From an uncultured Bifidobacteriaceae bacterium (GTDB taxonomy: Bacteria; Actinomycetota; Acidimicrobiia; IMCC26256; DASPTH01), in NCBI GenBank assembly GCA_964505725.1, contig CAZDJK010000052.1:66295-130294 (forward strand): DNA of 64,000 nucleotides, given 5' to 3'. Shown one piece after another: positions 53,862-63,002 of this stretch (position 1 is its first letter; each line of letters starts with the position of its first letter). The position numbers and the translations under genes were made by a program. The notes beneath the pieces were generated by a model. It did not search any database. It had not been told where the DNA came from and saw nothing but the letters and a program-made list of their open reading frames with translations.

Positions 53862-53949
53862 CCGGGCGGCGACACGCTCGCCGCCTCCGCACGGTTCCGA
53901 CGGCGATCCACCGGCCGTCGGCTCAGCCGTCGCCGGCATCGGTGACGCG

Positions 53950-54429
53950 TCACGCCGGCTCCACCACGATCGTGCCGTGCATGCCGTACGCGTAGTGCCC
54001 CGGCAGGTGGCACGCGAACTCCACCGAGCCGACCTCGTGGAAGTGGAACGTCGTCGTGCCAACTGTGTCGGGCGGGATCGACACCTCGCCCGGCTCGGGT
54101 CCGTGGACGGGGTCTGTACCGTGCTCGTGACGCGCCTGCACCGCGGGTCCGCCGACGATCAGCTCGTGCGCGATGGGGTCGTGGTTGGCGACGACGAAGG
54201 TCAGGAGCGTGCCGACGCGCACGCGGATCGTGTGCACGGAGAAGTGGCTCTCGCGGATACCGATGTGGACGGTCGCGACCCCGGGTCCGAGCGGGGGCGG
54301 CGCGCGGCGGGCGCCCGCGTCGTGGATGTCGGCGCCGGCGAGGAGGCCGCCGGCCGCGAACTCGCCGGCGACGACCGCGAACACGACCGCGGCGCACGCG
54401 GCCGCGCGTCGGGTGCCGGTGAGACCCAC
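53950..54429 (-). CDS. Membrane-anchored/secreted cupredoxin (type-1 copper) protein
   Basis: GTG start 2 nt after the upstream stop. N-terminal hydrophobic AAACAAVVFAVVAGEFAAGGLLA. FVVANHDPIAHEL ... FACHLPGHYAYGMHGTIVV supplies H, C, H and M ligands. Confidence 0.8.
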   Translation of the reverse strand: MGLTGTRRAAACAAVVFAVVAGEFAAGGLLAGADIHDAGARRAPPPLGPGVATVHIGIRESHFSVHTIRVRVGTLLTFVVANHDPIAHELIVGGPAVQARHEHGTDPVHGPEPGEVSIPPDTVGTTTFHFHEVGSVEFACHLPGHYAYGMHGTIVVEPA

Positions 54430-54431
54430 GG

Positions 54432-55373
54432 TCAGATCCCGACCCGGCCGAGGAGCTCCGCGCCCGACGCGCCGGCCCACCGCAGCGACGGTGCGACGCC
54501 GGCCCTGGTCGACACCGCGAGGTCGTAGCGCAGCGTCCCGGCGGGCACGTCGACCCGCAGGTAGCTCAGCCACATCGACCTCGGTACCCAGCTCATGCCC
54601 TGGTCGGCGCGGAGGTCGGCGAGCAACCGGCTCGACGCGGGCTCGTCGCGGGTCAGCTTCGGGCGCGTGACGCCGGTGAGGAACGACGGCCGGTGGTCGG
54701 TGAGCACGAACACGTCGGCGTTCACCGGCTTCGCCCGGCCGAGCCCGAGCGAGAGGATGCGCAGCGGCACCCACGGCTCGCGCGTCGGGATGGTGAGCAT
54801 GATCGGCGTGCCGTCGCCCGTGTGCTGGCCGAGCGCACGCGCACGCGCGGCGTCGAACCTCGCGGCCATGAAGATCTTGGTGCGCTGCGCGTAGTAGTGG
54901 AGGACTTCGGGAGCGTCGGGGGTGAGGAGGAACCCGTTGGCGATCGCCCACTTGCCGACCGCGTCGCCGCCGCCCTCGAGGATGGTGATGTCGAGCGCGT
55001 CGACCTGGACCTGCTGGACCACGCGCGCCGGCCCGTCGACCGCCGATGCGGCAAACCGGTCGCCCGCGGCGAGCACGGGTGGGCTCACCTCGCGTTCCAG
55101 CCGCTGGAGCGTCCAGTCGCCGCCGCGCCGCACCTGCGTCGGCACCGCCGGGAGGGGGACGATCGAGCCCACCGCCTCGCCGTCGCCGGTGAACTCGAAG
55201 CTCGTCACGTAGTGCTCGACGCCGCGGTGGAACGCGGCGAGGGTGGTGGTGCGCGAGAGCTGGATGGTGCCGTTGGCCCCCACCAGCCCCCCGCATGCGC
55301 CGGATGGCGCTGCGAGCGCCACGAGGAGTGCCAGGGTGGTCGCCGGGAGCGCGAACAGGAACGTGCGTCGCAT
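54432..55373 (-). CDS. DUF2330-family secreted protein
   Basis: Signal peptide then ACGGLV, and a conserved length of about 310 aa. The family call is from memory. Confidence 0.7.
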   Translation of the reverse strand: MRRTFLFALPATTLALLVALAAPSGACGGLVGANGTIQLSRTTTLAAFHRGVEHYVTSFEFTGDGEAVGSIVPLPAVPTQVRRGGDWTLQRLEREVSPPVLAAGDRFAASAVDGPARVVQQVQVDALDITILEGGGDAVGKWAIANGFLLTPDAPEVLHYYAQRTKIFMAARFDAARARALGQHTGDGTPIMLTIPTREPWVPLRILSLGLGRAKPVNADVFVLTDHRPSFLTGVTRPKLTRDEPASSRLLADLRADQGMSWVPRSMWLSYLRVDVPAGTLRYDLAVSTRAGVAPSLRWAGASGAELLGRVGI

Positions 55374-55542
55374 CCGATTCCCTCCGGATCCATGACTGGT
55401 CGGGGTATCGGACGACGCGCCGCGCGCTCCGGTTCCCGCGATTCCGGATATCGGGCACGCTCAGCTCTAGTCTGCTCGACCGGCAACGGCACCTCGCGAG
55501 TGGCGCGAGCGTTGCCGGACCTCGAGGGAGGGGAAGCGGTCG

Positions 55543-56436
55543 ATGGCAGGCGAGCGGATGTGCGAAGGCCGGGTGTGCGTCATCACCGGCGCCGGGCGTG
55601 GCATCGGGCGCGAGCACGCGTTGATGCTCGCGGCGCAGGGCGCGCGGCTGGTGATCAACGACATCGGCGGAACGCGCGAGGGGATCGGCAACGACGACAC
55701 GCCGGCGGATGAGGTCGTCGCCGAGATCCGTGCCGCGGGCGGCGAGGCGGTGGCGAACACCGACGACGTCAGCGACCTCGGCGGCGCCGAGCGTCTCGTG
55801 AACCAGGCGATCGACGAGTTCGGCGGGCTCGACGTCCTCGTGAACAACGCGGGCATCCTGCGCGACCGGATGGTCTTCAGCATGACCGAGGAGGAGTGGG
55901 ACTCGGTGATCCGCGTGCACCTGCGCGGCACCTTCGCGCCCACGCACCACGCCTCGATCTACTGGCGCGAGCGCGCCAAGGCGGGCGAGACCAACGACGC
56001 ACGGGTGATCAACACGACGTCGGTGTCGGGCATCTACGCCAACGCGGGCCAGAGCAACTACGGGGCGGCGAAGGCGGGCATCGCGGCGTTCACCCAGATC
56101 GTGGCCCAGGAGGTCGGCCGCTACGGCGTCACCGTCAACGCGGTGGCGCCCACCGCGTTGACGCGGCTCACGGAGGACATGGGCCTCTCCGACGAGTTCA
56201 AGGCGCAGTGGCACCCGCGCTTCGTCGCACCGATCGTCACCTGGCTCGCGTCACCCCTCTCGGCCGACGTCACCGGTCAGGTGATCGAGGCGTCGAGCGG
56301 GGGTGTGCACATCGCCGAGGGCTGGTACCGCGGCCCCGGTGCCGGACCGATCGAGGATCCGCTCGACGTCGACGCGATCGTGCGGCCGCTGCTCGCCGCG
56401 GCCCGCCCGCGGACCGTCTTCTCCGAGGTGCTCTGA
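55543..56436 (+). CDS. SDR-family oxidoreductase
   Basis: TGAGRGIG, NNAGI, and the catalytic YGAAKAG motif. Confidence 0.9.
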   Translation: MAGERMCEGRVCVITGAGRGIGREHALMLAAQGARLVINDIGGTREGIGNDDTPADEVVAEIRAAGGEAVANTDDVSDLGGAERLVNQAIDEFGGLDVLVNNAGILRDRMVFSMTEEEWDSVIRVHLRGTFAPTHHASIYWRERAKAGETNDARVINTTSVSGIYANAGQSNYGAAKAGIAAFTQIVAQEVGRYGVTVNAVAPTALTRLTEDMGLSDEFKAQWHPRFVAPIVTWLASPLSADVTGQVIEASSGGVHIAEGWYRGPGAGPIEDPLDVDAIVRPLLAAARPRTVFSEVL

Positions 56437-56465
56437 GCCCGCGACACCCGCCGGCCCGTCGGCGC

Positions 56466-56960
56466 TCAGCGTAGGGCGCCGAAGTCCTCGGTCGACCAGA
56501 TCCGGCCGTCGGGACCGACGCACCGGCCGACGCCCACGATGGTGAAGCTCTGCGACAGGATGTTGGCGCGGTGCGGAGGCGAGTTCATCCACGCCGCTTC
56601 CATCTGCGCCGGGCTCAGGCTCCCCGGACCCACGAGGATGTTCTCGCCGAGCGTCCAGTACGCCTTGTAGTCCGGGGTCGCGAGCGTGGCGTTGAGGTCG
56701 GTGTGGTACATGGACCCCGCGTGGGCCATGTCGCACGAGTGGGTGCCTGCGAGCCACGCGAGCTTCGGGCCGTTGGTGAGCGGCGGCACGCCGTTGGCGA
56801 CGCGGTCGGCGTTGATGGCGTTGAACAGCTGGAGCTGCCACGCGTCGCTGGTCGGCGCCGGTCCGGTGTCGGGCAGGCACGCCGAGGCGCCGACGACGAT
56901 CAGGGCTGCCGCCAGCAGCAGCCCGGCGCGGCCTCGGATCGATCCCAGTGCGCGTACCAC
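56466..56960 (-). CDS. CAP/SCP/PR1-like domain secreted (lipo)protein
   Basis: Signal peptide with ASAC (a possible lipobox). AINADRVANGVPPL...HSCDMAHAG...ENILVG...AWMNSPPHRANIL. Confidence 0.85.
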   Translation of the reverse strand: MVRALGSIRGRAGLLLAAALIVVGASACLPDTGPAPTSDAWQLQLFNAINADRVANGVPPLTNGPKLAWLAGTHSCDMAHAGSMYHTDLNATLATPDYKAYWTLGENILVGPGSLSPAQMEAAWMNSPPHRANILSQSFTIVGVGRCVGPDGRIWSTEDFGALR

Positions 56961-57125
56961 AGTGCGTCCCTTCGCCCGTCACTCTGCGTGGTTGAGTCTT
57001 CGGCAGCCGGCCGGCGGGCTTGAGCCTCAATCGTGGGGACGCTCCCGCCGACGCCCCTGGTGACACTCGCCGGCGAGCCCCGGCAGCCAAGATGGGGCCG
57101 CCGCCGGAAGGAGTCCGACCCGAAC

Positions 57126-59681
57126 ATGTGGAAGGCGACGATCAGGGGTCTCCTGGCGCGCCGAATCCGCCTGGCGGTGACCCTCGCGGCCGTGCTGATC
57201 GGCGTGAGCTTCGTCAGCGCGACGTTCGTGCTCACCGACACCGTGAAGCGGTCGTTCGACGCGGTCTTCCGTCAGACCGTCGCCAACGTCGACCTCGTCG
57301 TGGAGGGCCCGCAGCCGCTCGGTGACAACGGCGATCCCGATCGCATCCCGCAGGCGACGCTCGGGGCCGTGCGCGCGGTGCCCGGGGTCGCCCATGCCGG
57401 CGGCTTCGTCGTCGGCTACGCGCAGTTCGTCGACCGCAACGGCGACAGCGTCGGCGGCGGCGGACCGCCGACGTTCGGGGTGTCGTGGGTCCCGCACGGG
57501 CCCTTCCGCCTGGCCGACGACGGCGTGAGCCGCGCGCCGCGGGGGCCCCGTGAGGTGCTCATGGACGAGGCGACGGCGGCACGCAACGGGTACCGGGTCG
57601 GCGACGAGGTGCGCGTGCTGCTGCGCGGGCCGGCCGAGCGGTTCCGCATCGTCGGGTTGTTCGGGTTCGGCGACCAGTCGGACTTCGGCGCCGTGACCTT
57701 CGCCGCGTTCGACCTCCCGACCGCGCAGCGGGCGTTCGAGGAGACGGGTCAGCTCTCGCGCATCTACGTGCAACGGGAGCCCGGCGTCGGCATCCCCGAG
57801 CTGCGGACGCGCATCGAGCGCACGCTCGGTCCGGGCTATGAGGTGCTCGGCGCGCGCGAAGCCGCGTTCCAGTCCGCGGCGCCGGTACGCGACTTCCTCG
57901 GGTTCTTCACCGACGCCCTCCTCGGGTTCGCCGCCGTCGGCGTCGTCGTCGGAGCCTTCATCATCTTCAACACCTTCACCATCCTCGTGGCGCAGCGCAC
58001 GCGCGAGCTCGGGCTGATCCGGGCGATGGGCGCGACCGGCGGGCAGGTGGTGTGGTCGGTCGTGCTCGAGGCGCTCGTGCTCGGCGCGGTGGCGTCGGCA
58101 CTGGGACTCGTGGCGGGGATCGGGCTCGGCACCGGTCTCCTCGCGCTCCTCCGCACCCTCGGATTGCAGCTACCGCACACGAGCACGGTGGTGCTCGGTC
58201 GTACCGTCGTCGTCTCGCTCCTCGTGGGCGTGGGCGTGACCGTGCTCGCGGCGATCGTGCCCGCGCTGCGCGCCGCGCGCGTGCCCCCGATGGCCGCCAT
58301 CAACGGCGTCGGGGCCCGACCGGGTAGCGGCTTCCGTGGGCGCCTGCTCGTCGGCATCGGCGTGACCGCCGTCGGCGCGGGCGTGCTCGCCTACGGGCTC
58401 GTGCGGGCGGCGCACGTGCACGGCATCGTCAACCAGGCCGAGCTCGTGGCGCTGGGAGCGTTCGGCGTCCTCGTCGGCGTGGTCGTGCTGCTCGCAGCGT
58501 GCGCTCGACCGCTCGCGCGCTTGATCGGACGTCCGCTGCGCGCGTTCGGGATCTCGGGTGTGCTCGCGCAGGCCAACACCGTCCGCGACCCGCGTCGTAC
58601 GGCGGTGACCGCGTCGGCACTGGTGATCGGGCTCGCGCTGGTCGGGCTCACCGCGACCGTCGGCGCCTCGGCCCGCGCGTCCGTGCACCGGGACACCGGC
58701 CGGGGCCTGCGCGCCGACCTCGTCATCCGCGCCGACGGGCTCGCCGGCTTCTCGCCCGACGTGGGCCAGAGGGTGGCGCAGGTGCCCGGGCTCGCCGCGG
58801 TCGCGCCGGTGCAGTTCGCGAACGCGCGGATCGGCCGCGACGTCGACGTGGTGGGAGCGATGGATCCCTCGGTCATCGACCGCGTGGTGGCGCTCGACTT
58901 CGAGAGTGGCGGCGCGCAGCAACTGGGCGACGACGGGATCCTCGTCTCCGACGACGTCGCCCGCGCACACCACGTGACGACCGGCGACACGCTCCTGGTG
59001 CAGCTCCCACGCACCCTCGCCGAGCTACGTGTCGCCGGGGTGTACCGACAGGCGAACTTCGTAGGGATCTTCGGGCAGTCGGTGCCGCTCATCGTGTCGC
59101 CCGCCACCGCGGAGGCCGGCTTCGGCGGTAGCGACCAGGACACGCTCGTGCTGGTCAGGGCGCAGCCGGGCGACGTGGCCGGAGCGAAGCGGTCGATCGA
59201 GCACGCGCTCGGTCGCGACTTCCCGAACATCGGAGTGTTGACCCGCGACCAATTCCGCGCCGAGCAGGTGGCGCAGGTCGACCAGTTCCTCGCGGTCCTC
59301 ATCGCCATCCTCGCCCTCGCGGTGGTGATCGCGGTGCTCGGGATCGTGAACACGCTGGCGCTATCGGTGTACGAGCGCACGCGCGAGCTCGGCCTGCTCC
59401 GCATCGTCGGCATGTCGAGACCGCAGGTGCGCACGATGGTGCGGGGGGAGTCGGTGGTGATCGCGCTGCTCGGCGGCGTGGTCGGGGTCGTGCTCGGCGT
59501 GCTGTGGGGCTGGGCCTTCACCCATGCCCTGCGCGCCCAGGGGCTCGACGTGTTCCGGGTACCGGTGCTCGAAGTGCTGCTGTTCCTGCTGGCGTCGATG
59601 GCCGCCGGCGTGGTGGCGGCGGTCTTCCCGGCACGCCGGGCGACCCGGCTCGACGTGCTCGAGGCGATCGCCGCCGAGTGA
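57126..59681 (+). CDS. ABC transporter permease with two FtsX domains (MacB-like)
   Basis: ATG at 57126 (MWKATIRGLLARRIRLAVTLAAVLIGVSF). Two FtsX-type 4-TM modules, each with RTRELGL(I/L)R. No adjacent ATPase gene. Confidence 0.85.
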   Translation: MWKATIRGLLARRIRLAVTLAAVLIGVSFVSATFVLTDTVKRSFDAVFRQTVANVDLVVEGPQPLGDNGDPDRIPQATLGAVRAVPGVAHAGGFVVGYAQFVDRNGDSVGGGGPPTFGVSWVPHGPFRLADDGVSRAPRGPREVLMDEATAARNGYRVGDEVRVLLRGPAERFRIVGLFGFGDQSDFGAVTFAAFDLPTAQRAFEETGQLSRIYVQREPGVGIPELRTRIERTLGPGYEVLGAREAAFQSAAPVRDFLGFFTDALLGFAAVGVVVGAFIIFNTFTILVAQRTRELGLIRAMGATGGQVVWSVVLEALVLGAVASALGLVAGIGLGTGLLALLRTLGLQLPHTSTVVLGRTVVVSLLVGVGVTVLAAIVPALRAARVPPMAAINGVGARPGSGFRGRLLVGIGVTAVGAGVLAYGLVRAAHVHGIVNQAELVALGAFGVLVGVVVLLAACARPLARLIGRPLRAFGISGVLAQANTVRDPRRTAVTASALVIGLALVGLTATVGASARASVHRDTGRGLRADLVIRADGLAGFSPDVGQRVAQVPGLAAVAPVQFANARIGRDVDVVGAMDPSVIDRVVALDFESGGAQQLGDDGILVSDDVARAHHVTTGDTLLVQLPRTLAELRVAGVYRQANFVGIFGQSVPLIVSPATAEAGFGGSDQDTLVLVRAQPGDVAGAKRSIEHALGRDFPNIGVLTRDQFRAEQVAQVDQFLAVLIAILALAVVIAVLGIVNTLALSVYERTRELGLLRIVGMSRPQVRTMVRGESVVIALLGGVVGVVLGVLWGWAFTHALRAQGLDVFRVPVLEVLLFLLASMAAGVVAAVFPARRATRLDVLEAIAAE

Positions 59682-59701
59682 AGCCGTGCATGGCGATGAC
59701 T

Positions 59702-59743
59702 CGGGGCGGGCACCACCGTCAGGAGAGTGGTGTCCCCGCCCCG
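59702..59743 (+). terminator. GC-rich hairpin after the permease gene
   Basis: CGGGGCGGGCACCAC (59702-59716) pairs with GTGGTGTCCCCGCCCCG (59727-59743) with one bulge. There is no U-tract, and it ends 15 nt before the next ATG, so it could equally be a leader structure. Confidence 0.4.
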
Positions 59744-59758
59744 ACGAGAGGAGCCGCC

Positions 59759-60232
59759 ATGCCCGGAATCGTCCCCAACCTCTGGTTCGACACCGAGAGC
59801 GAGGAGGCGGCGCGGTTCTACGTCTCGGTGTTCCCGAACTCCGAGATCCGCGCCATCAGCCATTACAACGACGCCGGCCCCCGGCCCGCCGGGACCGTGC
59901 TCACGGTCGACTTCGTGCTCGACGGCCAGCACTTCACCGCCATCAACGGCGGGCCCGAGTTCACCTTCGACGAGGCGATCTCGCTTCTGATCGAGTGCCA
60001 GGACCAGGACGAGGTCGACTACTACTGGGACAAGCTGACCGACGGCGGCGAAGAGGGCCAGTGCGGCTGGTTGAAAGACCGCTACGGGCTCTCGTGGCAG
60101 GTCGTGCCGGGCGGCATGGTCGAGGTGCTCAACGATCCCGACCAGGCGCGCGCGGAGCGGGCGATGCGGGCGATGCTCGGCATGAAGAAGCTCGATCTCG
60201 CGGCACTGCAAGCGGCGGCGGACGGCGCCTGA
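59759..60232 (+). CDS. VOC-superfamily protein (PhnB / 3-demethylubiquinone-methyltransferase-like domain)
   Basis: IVPNLWFDTESEEAARFYVSVFPNS...INGGPEFTFDEAISLLIECQDQDEVDYYWDKL...CGWLKDRYGLSWQVVP. Confidence 0.85.
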   Translation: MPGIVPNLWFDTESEEAARFYVSVFPNSEIRAISHYNDAGPRPAGTVLTVDFVLDGQHFTAINGGPEFTFDEAISLLIECQDQDEVDYYWDKLTDGGEEGQCGWLKDRYGLSWQVVPGGMVEVLNDPDQARAERAMRAMLGMKKLDLAALQAAADGA

Positions 60233-60285
60233 AGCCTGAACCGGCCGAGCGCAGGGGAGCGGTTGCTACCATCGGCGCCTCGACC

Positions 60286-60357
60286 GGGCGGTTAGCTCAG
60301 GGGTAGAGCACTTCCTTGACGCGGAAGGGGTCAGGCGTTCAAATCGCCTACCGCCCA
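60286..60357 (+). tRNA. tRNA-Val (GAC)
   Basis: GGGCGGT acceptor stem paired with ACCGCCC, D arm GCTCAGGGGTAGAGC, anticodon stem-loop CTTCC-TTGACGC-GGAAG, T arm AGGCGTTCAAATCGCCT. CCA is not encoded. Confidence 0.95.
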
Positions 60358-60361
60358 CCCC
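60321..60361 (+). repeat. Direct repeat copy 1 (3' half of tRNA-Val), attL-like
   Basis: gcggaaggggtcaggcgttcaaatcgcctaccgcccacccc. By hand alignment, 39 of 41 positions are identical to 62786-62826. Confidence 0.6.
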
Positions 60362-60619
60362 AAAGGTGCAGGTCGGCGGCCATTTCCTGCAACCCCGGTT
60401 TCGGGTCCGCTTCCGGCGAGTCCGCGAAAAGTCCGCGAGAATCCGACACCTGCCTCCGCGGACGTCGACTCGAGCAACCCGTCGAGCCGCTCGTCGGTCC
60501 CCGGGAACAAGTTGCCCGTACACGGTTTCCGGCTCGGCAATGCGTCGTGTGGGCCTCACTCGTGGAGTGTGCGGCCAGGGTGGCCCGACCCTGCAACGGA
60601 CCATCCATGCGCTCGGGAT

Positions 60620-61042
60620 TCAGCCCCCCTGGGCGTCGAGCTCCTCGAGACGCGCCGCCATCGCGTCGACCAGCGTCTGTCGCACCTCGGGCATATCGGC
60701 GATGAGGGTCTGGAACTCGCGGTGGCCGATGACCTCCACGACCGAGGGAGCGGTCGCGATGACGGTGGCTGTCGGAGGCCGCCGGCTCAGCAGCCCGATC
60801 TCGCCGACGAACATCCCCGGTCCACCGCTCGCGACCACGGTGTCGCCTCGGCGCACCTCCACGCTGCCCTCCACGACGATCACGAGCTGGCCCTGCCTGT
60901 GGGGACCTGCGAGCTCCGTTCCCGCGGGAACCCGGAGCTCGGTCGAGAGATTGGAGACCTCGCGGAGGTGATCGCGGTCGAGCCCCGCAAAGAGGGGAAT
61001 CCTCGACAACTGCTCCTCCACGAACTTGCTGTGGCGAGCCAT
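60620..61042 (-). CDS. Cyclic-nucleotide-binding domain protein (stand-alone)
   Basis: 140 aa: IPLFAGLDRDHLREV...GMFVGEIGLLSRRPPTATVIA, the cNMP-binding beta-barrel signature. No DNA-binding domain. Confidence 0.85.
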   Translation of the reverse strand: MARHSKFVEEQLSRIPLFAGLDRDHLREVSNLSTELRVPAGTELAGPHRQGQLVIVVEGSVEVRRGDTVVASGGPGMFVGEIGLLSRRPPTATVIATAPSVVEVIGHREFQTLIADMPEVRQTLVDAMAARLEELDAQGG

Positions 61043-61129
61043 GACCTCGTCCTCCTTTGGGAGCCGCGCGCAGCGGGAGCGTATTCCTTCGCCCGGACGG
61101 GCGAGGCGAACGACGTTCGGCGGAACGCG

Positions 61130-61400
61130 GTGGCGTCTGTCGGCGTCTCGCTCACCTCGCCGTCTTCACGGCATCAGTTGTGATGGTACCGGGCGTCCGA
61201 CGGGATCTGCCCCTGATCGCACTTCGGGACTTCGTATCGACGTCCGGCGACGATGAAGTCTGCGGCTTTGAAGTCTGGAGCGACGAGGCGGCGCATGATG
61301 CATCGCTACAGCGCGAAGACGCTCCAGCGATCATCGCCGACACCCGCCACCCGCGTCCTCGATCGCCATGTTGGTCACACGCCGTCGATACCCGCAGCCC
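61130..61400 (+). pseudogene. Possible ABM (antibiotic-biosynthesis-monooxygenase-like) domain remnant
   Basis: The frame reads LAHLAVFTASVVMVPGVRRDLPLIALRDFVSTSGDDEVCGFEVWSDEAAHDASLQ, ABM-like. There is no convincing start and no stop before it runs into the convergent amidohydrolase gene. Confidence 0.25.
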
Positions 61401-61447
61401 CGAGCTCACGGATGTCGTTTCGAGCGGAGATCGCCTTCTCGGCGCCG

Positions 61448-62602
61448 TTACGGCTCGGGTGGGGCCGGGACATGCGGGAACAGCTCCTGGAAGGCGCCAA
61501 TGCGGATGCGATTGCTCACGTCGGCCGGTACGTCGTCGAAGAGCTCGTGGAGGGTTTTCTGCGTGTGGCCGAAGGTGCCCTCGTAGTGCGGGTAATCGCT
61601 CCCCCACACGCTGTTGGAATACCCCGCCCCCGTCATGGCCAGCACCGACGAGCGGTAGTCGTGCTGGAACGACGCGTACACCTGCGAGTAGAGGATCTCG
61701 CCCGGCAGGCGGCTGAGCTTCGGTCGCACTGCTGCGCTGTGTTGCCGGTACGCCTCGTCGAGGCGGTCGGCGAGGAACGGCACCCAGCCCGACCCGCCCT
61801 CGGAGATGATCACCTTGAGGTCGGGACGGGCGTCGAGCACACCAGAGGCCACCATCATCGCGGCGCAGCGTTGGCCGCCAAAGGTCGTCTCCGTGTAGTT
61901 CATGACCGCGCCGCCGCGTCCGTGGTGGACGACCCCCGTGCGCTGATCGGGCGTGTGCGGCTCGGTGCCGATGTGGAACGCGATGACCATGCCTGCCTCG
62001 TCGAGCGCGTCCCACAGTGGGTCCCACTGCTCCGAGGCCCAGGTGACGTCACTCGAGTGCGGTCGTGTGGGGAGCGAGACGGCGGCGAACCCGAGGCCCT
62101 TCGCTCGTCGTACCTCAGCGAGCGCGTCGTCCACGTCGACCAGCGGCAACGAGGCCGTACACACGAAGCGCGGCGACTGGCGCTGCATGTCGTTCGCCCA
62201 GTCGTTCATGACCCTCGCGCTCTCCTTTGCGAGCACGGGGTCCTGGATGCAAAACGACCAGATCCCAAGCGACGGGAACGTCAGCTCGGCCCAGATCCCC
62301 TCGTCGTCGAGGTCTGCGAGGCGCGCCTGCAGATCCCGGCCGGAACCGGCAGTGCCTCCCGCCGGTCGCGCCTGCTGCTTCTCGTTGGCGAACTCGTCGG
62401 ACGTCAGCCCGCCCGTCATTGGCTTGGGCATCCGGCGCCGGAACGTCTGCCCGTCGACGGTCACTGTCTCCCACTGCCCGTCGGGGTCCTTGACGCTGTG
62501 GGGCATCCGCGCGGCGAGCGCCTTCGGGAGGTTCGCATCGAACAGGTCGGCGGGCTCCACGAAATGTGAATCGCCCGAGTTGGCCCACAACTTCTGCTCC
62601 AC
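61448..62602 (-). CDS. Amidohydrolase-2 (ACMSD-like) family metal-dependent hydrolase
   Basis: 384 aa: NSGDSHFVEP..., AFHIG and GSDYPHYEG motifs. Confidence 0.85.
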   Translation of the reverse strand: MEQKLWANSGDSHFVEPADLFDANLPKALAARMPHSVKDPDGQWETVTVDGQTFRRRMPKPMTGGLTSDEFANEKQQARPAGGTAGSGRDLQARLADLDDEGIWAELTFPSLGIWSFCIQDPVLAKESARVMNDWANDMQRQSPRFVCTASLPLVDVDDALAEVRRAKGLGFAAVSLPTRPHSSDVTWASEQWDPLWDALDEAGMVIAFHIGTEPHTPDQRTGVVHHGRGGAVMNYTETTFGGQRCAAMMVASGVLDARPDLKVIISEGGSGWVPFLADRLDEAYRQHSAAVRPKLSRLPGEILYSQVYASFQHDYRSSVLAMTGAGYSNSVWGSDYPHYEGTFGHTQKTLHELFDDVPADVSNRIRIGAFQELFPHVPAPPEP

Positions 62603-62785
62603 CGTGGCCTCCTTCAGCCTGAGAACGGGATTTTCACTACCATGCTCGAGCCGGGGGCCGCCCGACAGGGCCGGAAGTCCCGAACCCGAGGACGGACACG
62701 AACCACGGCTTCATCGAGACGTCGCCGCGACATGATCCGACAGCGCTGTCGCGGAACATGTGTTCGACTGCCGTACACCGTTCAC

Positions 62786-62826
62786 GCGGACGGGGTCAGG
62801 CGTTCGAATCGCCTACCGCCCACCCC
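62786..62826 (+). repeat. Direct repeat copy 2 (orphan tRNA-Val 3' half), attR-like
   Basis: gcggacggggtcaggcgttcgaatcgcctaccgcccacccc. There is no matching tRNA 5' half upstream. Confidence 0.6.
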
Positions 62827-62911
62827 GCTCCCGCACGCCCTTTCCCCGCGCCGATCCCGGGACGCCGCTCCTGCTGCCTTCTCGTCCCGGTCCCAGACTT
62901 GCATGCATAGC

Positions 62912-62941
62912 ACTCAGGTTTTCTGCTACCATGACTTGAGT
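62912..62941. promoter_or_regulatory. Inverted repeat ACTCAGG-N16-CTTGAGT upstream of hsp20
   Basis: CTTGAGT (62935-62941) equals the HAIR half-site. The partner ACTCAGG (62912-62918) has one mismatch to ACTCAAG. The order and the 16-nt spacing are not the canonical CTTGAGT-N7-ACTCAAG. Confidence 0.3.
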
Positions 62942-62957
62942 CACCCCGATGGCCCTT

Positions 62958-63002
62958 CCGGAGCAAGGATTTCCGGAGCAAGCCCAGCCGGAGCAAGCCC
63001 AG
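62958..63002 (+). repeat. 3 x 15-bp tandem repeat in the hsp20 leader
   Basis: CCGGAGCAAGgattt / CCGGAGCAAGcccag / CCGGAGCAAGcccag at 62958, 62973 and 62988. It ends 7 nt before the RBS AAGGAGG (63010-63016) and 22 nt before the ATG at 63025. Confidence 0.8.

Noticed and set aside
60362-60619. Integrase gene or pseudogene next to tRNA-Val
   Set aside because: Reading all six frames by eye gave no tyrosine-recombinase motifs (no R..HxxR..Y-type C-terminus). The region is left as non-coding, but a sensitive tblastx search is still worthwhile.
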